Position numbers and translations under genes: made by a program
The notes under the pieces: model-generated
Told to the model about the DNA's origin: nothing
The model's database searches: none
What the model saw: only the letters and a program-made list of their open reading frames with translations
In this document: piece after piece, positions 58,720 through 64,000 of the stretch
Position numbering within the stretch: position 1 is the stretch's first letter
Layout: the number at the start of each line of letters is the position of its first letter
Virus record (IMG/VR): IMGVR_UViG_3300033994_001756
Span: 108,254-172,253 of that record
Length of the DNA stretch: 64,000 bases
Direction: 5' to 3' (one strand)
Source of the DNA: a virus

Positions 58720-58898
58720 GTCAACGAAACTTCAAACAAGAACTTTTCTATTCTCAGTATATTGACATGGAGAATGGGCAAGACACAGAAACGATTGATA
58801 CTCTTGCTTTGATTGAACTTCTGCAAGAGATGAATGAACGAATTGAACAACTGGAAAAAGACAATCAACTATTAAAATCTTACGCTTGGGAACCATGA
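58716..58898 (+). CDS. hypothetical protein
   Basis: 60-aa coupled ORF. Confidence 0.6.
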   Translation: MSQRNFKQELFYSQYIDMENGQDTETIDTLALIELLQEMNERIEQLEKDNQLLKSYAWEP

Positions 58899-59560
58899 TT
58901 GAACCTACACATGAAGAAATGCTTGAAGAAGCAAAAAAACGAGAGGAAGTAAACAAAAAAGCATGGGAAGCAGTACAAAAACTGTATGCGGTGAATGGCG
59001 ATGCTCTAAAAGAACTTGCTGAGATTGAAACTGAAGAGCGTGAGCGTATGGATGCTGTGAGAACTGCTATTGCTGGTATTGACAAGTATTCTGATGCTCT
59101 TAAAGAACTTCGTAAGATTGAACACGAAGAACTGATTGAAGAACTGCAAGCAAAGAAGAAAGAAAACTTTCAACTGGTAGCTGATGCTTGTATGAAAGAA
59201 TATGAGAAGAAGTATCAACGTGATGTATTCCCAATGAGTGAATACTGGGTGTATATGGTTGCTGAATATGGGGCAACTGGCGAAGGTCAAACCGTGTGTA
59301 TTATGATGACACAGGCAACTCCATATGGTGATGACTTTGCTGAAGGTAAATTCTATGTACCTGTTAATTCTAAGCAATATCGTGCTGTGAGAGCATTCCA
59401 TGAGCAGTTTGGCACTTGGCATCTTCATGGTCTTAGATTTCTCAATAAAGAAGATTTCTTCAGTGAATATTCATACTACATTCCTCCAGCAATGATGAAA
59501 CTTCTCAATAAGAGTTGTTTTAAAGAGTTTCATACAAAAGTTCACTATAACTTCTCATGA
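58895..59560 (+). CDS. hypothetical protein
   Basis: ATGA-coupled; coiled-coil N-half with duplicated DALKEL..IE; EYGATGEG motif. Confidence 0.7.
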   Translation: MIEPTHEEMLEEAKKREEVNKKAWEAVQKLYAVNGDALKELAEIETEERERMDAVRTAIAGIDKYSDALKELRKIEHEELIEELQAKKKENFQLVADACMKEYEKKYQRDVFPMSEYWVYMVAEYGATGEGQTVCIMMTQATPYGDDFAEGKFYVPVNSKQYRAVRAFHEQFGTWHLHGLRFLNKEDFFSEYSYYIPPAMMKLLNKSCFKEFHTKVHYNFS

Positions 59561-59820
59561 CAAAAATCAAATTCAACGGGCACTTTCCTACTGAACGTGA
59601 GGTAGAATTCTCAAAAGATGATCAAGTGCGTCTGTTTGAGATTATGAAACAAGAGTTTATTGAACACATCACATATGCTAGGTTCAATAGCAGTTATCCT
59701 ACACACACTGAACGACAACTTGAGTCCTTCTGCAATGGTTACGGTGTAGACATTGAGTATTCAAAAGACCGCATCGCATTCTTTACTGCTCTGATTAAGG
59801 AGATGAAATATAATGGATAA
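59557..59820 (+). CDS. hypothetical protein
   Basis: 87-aa coupled ORF. Confidence 0.65.
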   Translation: MTKIKFNGHFPTEREVEFSKDDQVRLFEIMKQEFIEHITYARFNSSYPTHTERQLESFCNGYGVDIEYSKDRIAFFTALIKEMKYNG

Positions 59821-60016
59821 AGAACTCTATAACCCTGATGAGTTTCTGCTTGATAATATCAAGAGCTATCACTATGAGGTGATGGATGAAGGGCATCATG
59901 TGTGGATGGCATTCTATTTTGAGAATGGTAACACAGGACACTTGAATATTTTCCTAAATGATGGTAAGATTAACACACGCTATGAGGAATGGATGAATGA
60001 CTTACAAACTAAATGA
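59813..60016 (+). CDS. hypothetical protein
   Basis: AGGAG RBS; NPDE...HYEVMD...VWMAFY...GHLNI. Confidence 0.65.
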   Translation: MDKELYNPDEFLLDNIKSYHYEVMDEGHHVWMAFYFENGNTGHLNIFLNDGKINTRYEEWMNDLQTK

Positions 60017-60293
60017 AGAAGCAAATGCATTCTCATACACTCGTGAAGAGCTATTTGAGTGTATCACTAGAATCGTAGCACACCCACACAAAACTATCAC
60101 AGAACACGACCAATCTCGTGCTCTTGCCATTATGGTAGTTTTTGACGATTACTTCACCAATTATACTCAAAGTGATAATAATGGTGGGCATTGTGTTTAT
60201 GAATGTGATGCTATGGACTTTACTGATTTTGTAAGGTTTAAACTTTGTATTGATGATTATGATGCTGTTGATGTGAATGAGGTTTTGAAGTGA
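59997..60293 (+). CDS. hypothetical protein
   Basis: 98-aa ORF in the array. Confidence 0.65.
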   Translation: MTYKLNEEANAFSYTREELFECITRIVAHPHKTITEHDQSRALAIMVVFDDYFTNYTQSDNNGGHCVYECDAMDFTDFVRFKLCIDDYDAVDVNEVLK

Positions 60294-60550
60294 AGCTTTA
60301 TCAGCACGACAAAAAAACTTATCAGGATGGTGAAGTATCTCACACCTGGCAGTTTGGTATCATCAAAAACAAATCACTACTCTGGGTATCTTGTGAAACT
60401 CCTGGCAAAATAATTCATTCTTCTGGTGGTATCAACATCTTGTTTTCTTTCTTTGGCAGTTCTCTTTTTGGTGTAGATTTTCAACAACGAAGGTTTTGTT
60501 TAGCATTTGGATTTTTTACTGATCACTTTGATGGATGGAATGATGACTAA
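60290..60550 (+). CDS. hypothetical protein
   Basis: GTGA-coupled, aromatic-rich 86-aa ORF. Confidence 0.6.
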   Translation: MKLYQHDKKTYQDGEVSHTWQFGIIKNKSLLWVSCETPGKIIHSSGGINILFSFFGSSLFGVDFQQRRFCLAFGFFTDHFDGWNDD

Positions 60551-60833
60551 TCTTGAACAAAAACGAGCACAACTGGAAGGACTGATTGATACTCAAATTG
60601 ATTCTGCTTCTGGTCTTGCAATCAACTGTCATAACTGTATTCATTGTTGTAAAAGTTCTAATGGTATTGAATTTGATAAATGTTTGAAATCTGGTGGTGA
60701 TTATTGTAATATTGTTCATCAGTTTCCACGACTATACAATCACATTTGTATGAATTATAGTGCTTGGTCTCCAAGACAAAAAAGTATTCTTGAACTGATT
60801 GGTGATAAAATTCGTAAGATGTTGGACACTTGA
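60540..60833 (+). CDS. Cys-rich hypothetical protein
   Basis: CHNCIHC...C...C...C...W pattern. Confidence 0.65.
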   Translation: MMTNLEQKRAQLEGLIDTQIDSASGLAINCHNCIHCCKSSNGIEFDKCLKSGGDYCNIVHQFPRLYNHICMNYSAWSPRQKSILELIGDKIRKMLDT

Positions 60834-60852
60834 AGAACTGGCACACGGAGGG

Positions 60853-60881
60853 TTCCACCACCCTCTGTTTCGTTGTATAAT
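60853..60881 (+). promoter_or_regulatory. early/middle-type promoter with non-consensus -35
   Basis: TTCCAC-17 nt-TATAAT in a 70-nt intergenic gap. Confidence 0.65.
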
Positions 60882-60903
60882 AACCTTGTAAGCAACCAAA
60901 CCG

Positions 60904-61116
60904 ATGACTGAACTTTCACCAGATGCACAGGAAGTGCTAGATGGTTTTCAAGGAGTTATCTTAGATACTTCGTTTGCCGACTTGATGGCTCTTGCTGCTG
61001 CCCTTCGTGCTCTTGCAAAACAAAGCACCTTTGCCGACACAAGAGTTGGCGTAACGGAAGAGGTGGTTCTTGTTGATGACATTCTCAAAATCGCAACTGA
61101 ACTGGAGCAAATCTGA
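60904..61116 (+). CDS. hypothetical protein
   Basis: LSPDAQEVLD...AAALRAL...IATELE. Confidence 0.7.
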   Translation: MTELSPDAQEVLDGFQGVILDTSFADLMALAAALRALAKQSTFADTRVGVTEEVVLVDDILKIATELEQI

Positions 61117-61418
61117 TGCAACTTTCCTACGGCAACGACCTTCTTTTGGAGGCAGCAGAACTTCGTGCTATCATCAAAGGTGAATTGGGATTCCGTAAGT
61201 GTCCTGATTGCCAAGGTGATGGTGAGAGTTGGACACTTCACTATGTTCTGAAAGATGACCCAGACCAAAGTAATGAACAGTTCAAGGAAGTGAGTGCCCA
61301 GTATGCTGCTGACTTTGATGAGGACAATCTACCACCAGAATACTCTTGGGGTGAGTGTCATCTTTATGAATGTGATACCTGCCATAGTGTAGGTTATATC
61401 CCTGTGGAGCAATGGTAA
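61116..61418 (+). CDS. hypothetical protein with split DnaJ-like Zn motif
   Basis: CPDCQGDG ... CDTCHSVG. Confidence 0.65.
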   Translation: MQLSYGNDLLLEAAELRAIIKGELGFRKCPDCQGDGESWTLHYVLKDDPDQSNEQFKEVSAQYAADFDEDNLPPEYSWGECHLYECDTCHSVGYIPVEQW

Positions 61419-61693
61419 TGAACTACGAAACTGAAATCATAGATGGACGCAGAGTAGTTGTCCGTCATTTCTTCAAGGCACACGAAATCCAAGTTGGTTC
61501 TCGTTGGGCACGAGCAGATGGTTCCAAAGGTTTTGTGACTGTTGAAGGTTTCAATACTTATGGAGCCACCGACCCTTGGATTGAAGTTGTGTATTCTTGG
61601 GAACTAAATGGAGAGAAATTTATTCATGAAAAGGATGCTTTTGCTTTCCAATGTCGATATTGTTTGATTGTTGAGGAAACTAATGAAATTTAA
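61412..61693 (+). CDS. hypothetical protein
   Basis: IQVGSRWARADG and HEKDAFAFQCRY motifs. Confidence 0.65.
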   Translation: MVMNYETEIIDGRRVVVRHFFKAHEIQVGSRWARADGSKGFVTVEGFNTYGATDPWIEVVYSWELNGEKFIHEKDAFAFQCRYCLIVEETNEI

Positions 61694-61913
61694 TGATGAA
61701 GCACTAATTGCTATGTGTATTATGTTTGGTTTTACCGTCATCATTAGTTTGGTGTTTTGGTATTTCCATACTGAAACGGAAAAGCAAAGTCTGTATAAAC
61801 AAACTTATGTCAAATCTATGGAGTGTAGAATTGCATTCAAAGGTAGAAGTCCATCAGAAGTAAATGGGTATTGTGGTGAAATTCCTAAACTTGGAGATTT
61901 TTTGACAAAATGA
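61683..61913 (+). CDS. small membrane protein
   Basis: GAGGA RBS; N-terminal transmembrane helix. Confidence 0.65.
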   Translation: MKFNDEALIAMCIMFGFTVIISLVFWYFHTETEKQSLYKQTYVKSMECRIAFKGRSPSEVNGYCGEIPKLGDFLTK

Positions 61914-62110
61914 AACTAACAGCACACGAACTCGCAGTTATTACTGATACACTCACTCATTCTCTAGCAGTATCAAACTGGAATGGATATTATACTGCCC
62001 AATCAAGGGAGAATGTGAGGAATGCAATTGCTGGAATTATGGATAGTATGAGTGTAGAGATCATCACAGACAAACCAAACTTCACTATTGATGCTGACGC
62101 AGGTATTTGA
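61910..62110 (+). CDS. hypothetical protein
   Basis: GGAG RBS, ATGA overlap. Confidence 0.6.
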   Translation: MKLTAHELAVITDTLTHSLAVSNWNGYYTAQSRENVRNAIAGIMDSMSVEIITDKPNFTIDADAGI

Positions 62111-62111
62111 A

Positions 62112-62339
62112 ATGACTGAAACTAAACTTTGCAAAAATTGTAAGTGGTATCGCAAATCTTGGTTGGAACACATTATGATGAGAACTTCCATGTATGATAT
62201 GTGTGCCTCACCAAATACAACACAAAATCCTGTAACTGGTAATGAAAACAGGTTTTGTGATATGCTGAGAGCAGAACTATGGAAAGAACTTGATTACTCT
62301 TGTGGTCCAGAAGGTAGATTTTGGGAGGCACGGAAATGA
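62112..62339 (+). CDS. Cys-rich hypothetical protein
   Basis: CKNCKWY...C...C...CGPEGRFWE. Confidence 0.7.
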   Translation: MTETKLCKNCKWYRKSWLEHIMMRTSMYDMCASPNTTQNPVTGNENRFCDMLRAELWKELDYSCGPEGRFWEARK

Positions 62340-62518
62340 TTGAAATGAGAGTTATTGATAATGGACCGATGTGCCGTCCAGATTTTCAGTATCGGTATCA
62401 TATTTTTACTATTGATATTTCTGGTGGTTTATGTCCTCCCAGCATTTATGAAAGTGAATTATGGAGTGAATGGAAAACTGCTGAATGGGTAAACGCAAAG
62501 GAGATTGAAAATGATTGA
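62336..62518 (+). CDS. hypothetical protein
   Basis: GGAGG RBS; FQYRY...WSEWKT. Confidence 0.6.
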   Translation: MIEMRVIDNGPMCRPDFQYRYHIFTIDISGGLCPPSIYESELWSEWKTAEWVNAKEIEND

Positions 62519-62687
62519 AAAACAAATCAGTTATAAAATTGAATTCACAGAAGACCAAGCACGACAACTCTACAATCTTCTACAATCAGTAAAACAACAA
62601 GACCAATTCTCATATGGAGGTCTTTATGATGACTTGCGAAAACTTCATAATGAACTGAAAAAACTCTTTGACACTGGAATCCGATGA
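62511..62687 (+). CDS. hypothetical protein
   Basis: AGGAG RBS; coupled ORF. Confidence 0.6.
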   Translation: MIEKQISYKIEFTEDQARQLYNLLQSVKQQDQFSYGGLYDDLRKLHNELKKLFDTGIR

Positions 62688-62830
62688 CTGACCCTGATTA
62701 TAAACTTCAAGAACTTTTTGTAGAGTTTGATGATGTTTATGGAGGTAGCACCTCTTACTCTTTGGACTATTTCCCTGTGATTTATGATGATGTGTTAGAA
62801 TTGTGTGAGGAACTTGAAAACTATGATTGA
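62684..62830 (+). CDS. small acidic hypothetical protein (48 aa)
   Basis: fills the gap and overlaps both neighbours; MTDPDYKLQELF... Confidence 0.55.
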   Translation: MTDPDYKLQELFVEFDDVYGGSTSYSLDYFPVIYDDVLELCEELENYD

Positions 62831-63113
62831 ACCAACAGACGAACAACTACTTGAAGAATACAATAAAGAAATTCATAAAGAATATGCAAAACAGGGGGAA
62901 ATGACTGTTGCACGACTAATCAAAAGTCATAGAAATTTACGAAATCTAAACATAGAATGGAATGGAGCATTTGATGAGGCAAGAGCAAAGGGTTATAATG
63001 CTGGATATGATTGGGGAGTAAGAAATGTTGCGGCAAATTCTATTACTCTTGATGAACTTCGTAAAATGACCATTCAAGAACTCGCAAACCTTATTGGAAC
63101 TGATTATGACTGA
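62823..63113 (+). CDS. hypothetical protein
   Basis: GAGGA RBS; MIEPTDEQLLEE start. Confidence 0.65.
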   Translation: MIEPTDEQLLEEYNKEIHKEYAKQGEMTVARLIKSHRNLRNLNIEWNGAFDEARAKGYNAGYDWGVRNVAANSITLDELRKMTIQELANLIGTDYD

Positions 63114-63666
63114 ACCAACACTAAAAACTTGGGTAGGAACACCAGGATACAAACTCAATCCAGATAAACTCAAAAAAGCACCAAGACAAATTCTTCCTTA
63201 TTTGTTTAGTTGTTTTTATTTTACAGAAGAGTTTGAGTATTTTGATTTAGTTAAACCATACTTGGATTTACCTGAACCCAGAAAGAGTATTGAAGAAATC
63301 CAACAAGAGTTTGATGAGAAGATTGATGCCCAGATAGAGAAGTTCAGGATGTGCTCTAAGTGGTCAAGAGAGCAGGCTGAGGAAAGATACAATCGAAAGT
63401 TTGATAGGATTATTCGTGATTTTGAGTATGCGAAGGAGCACGGAGAGTTTCCACCTTACGCAAAACTTACTTATGGAACTGGATTGAGTACTAATCCTTA
63501 TGCTGAAACCTCTTTTGTAATCAAACAGGGAAACACACACGAAGGTTATTATACGATTGGAAATCGACGATATTTCAGGTATTATATGAATGAAAAACCT
63601 AATCGTTTGGTGAGGTTCTTTATGAAAACTTGTCTTGGATTCTTTTGGGTTGATGATGCATTATGA
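63106..63666 (+). CDS. hypothetical protein
   Basis: 186-aa ORF ending KPNRLVRFFMKTCLGFFWVD. Confidence 0.7.
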   Translation: MTEPTLKTWVGTPGYKLNPDKLKKAPRQILPYLFSCFYFTEEFEYFDLVKPYLDLPEPRKSIEEIQQEFDEKIDAQIEKFRMCSKWSREQAEERYNRKFDRIIRDFEYAKEHGEFPPYAKLTYGTGLSTNPYAETSFVIKQGNTHEGYYTIGNRRYFRYYMNEKPNRLVRFFMKTCLGFFWVDDAL

Positions 63667-63911
63667 ATAAAGAAGAATACTACAAATACATAGAAGAAAA
63701 CGACACTTACCCAGAACATTCTCATAAGTGGATTGTCAGAACTTATACTGATGCGGGTATTCATAATCCAAATGAAGTATTCTATCGCAACTTCGGTCCA
63801 TTTAATACTAAAGATGAAGCAGTGCTGTTCATTGGAGGGTATAAAATGAAATATACCACACAAGGATTTATTACTCGTTGGACAGTTCAAGCATTATGTG
63901 AGGTTTTATGA
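63663..63911 (+). CDS. hypothetical protein
   Basis: 82-aa coupled ORF, FGPFNTKDEA. Confidence 0.65.
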   Translation: MNKEEYYKYIEENDTYPEHSHKWIVRTYTDAGIHNPNEVFYRNFGPFNTKDEAVLFIGGYKMKYTTQGFITRWTVQALCEVL

Positions 63912-64000
63912 ATAAACTCAAAACCCTCTGGAATAACAGACGCACTTGGAGAAGTGCTTTTGATTGTTGGTATATTCTAATGTTCCCTGAAAGATATTAT
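63908..64000 (+). CDS. hypothetical protein (truncated by window end)
   Basis: GAGG RBS, ATGA overlap, open to the end of the window. Confidence 0.5.
   Translation, partial: MNKLKTLWNNRRTWRSAFDCWYILMFPERYY

Noticed and set aside
62668-62703. TTGACA as a promoter -35
   Set aside because: No -10 hexamer at 16-18 nt spacing

Overview
This window is a 64-kb segment of an AT-rich T4-like cyanomyovirus (Kyanoviridae-type). The host is inferred to be a cyanobacterium from cp12, phoH, thyX, speD and the gene order. Layout: (1) 0.2-7.0 kb, replication and nucleotide-metabolism block (rnh, thyX, DenV-like glycosylase, phoH, exonuclease, gp33, gp59, gp32). (2) 7.0-21.1 kb, baseplate/tail block (gp53, gp48, gp4, gp2, gp54-like, gp26, an un-called gp51 frame, two paralogous tape-measure-like M23-peptidase proteins, a hub protein, cp12, gp5). 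(3) 21.1-22.0 kb, small island with sigma70-type promoters, two tRNAs and speD. (4) 22-43 kb, a giant 4568-aa virion protein and tail-fibre-like genes. (5) 42.9-53.8 kb, three paralogous 12-blade Kelch-like beta-propeller genes interleaved with two glycosyltransferases, a sulfotransferase, an unknown protein and two 2OG-Fe(II) oxygenases. (6) 53.9-64 kb, hyperplastic array of small coupled ORFs plus an RNA ligase. The two strongest candidates for undescribed biology are (a) the propeller/enzyme cassette, which looks like a phage-encoded prolyl-hydroxylation, glycosylation and sulfation pathway next to its likely substrates, whose variable loops are Pro-rich, and (b) a programmed -1 frameshift signal (T TTT TTC plus hairpin) that would fuse gp26 to a gp51 frame lacking a start codon, directly upstream of the tape-measure-like genes, as in lambda G/GT. 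All product calls come from motif recognition and synteny; no database searches were run.
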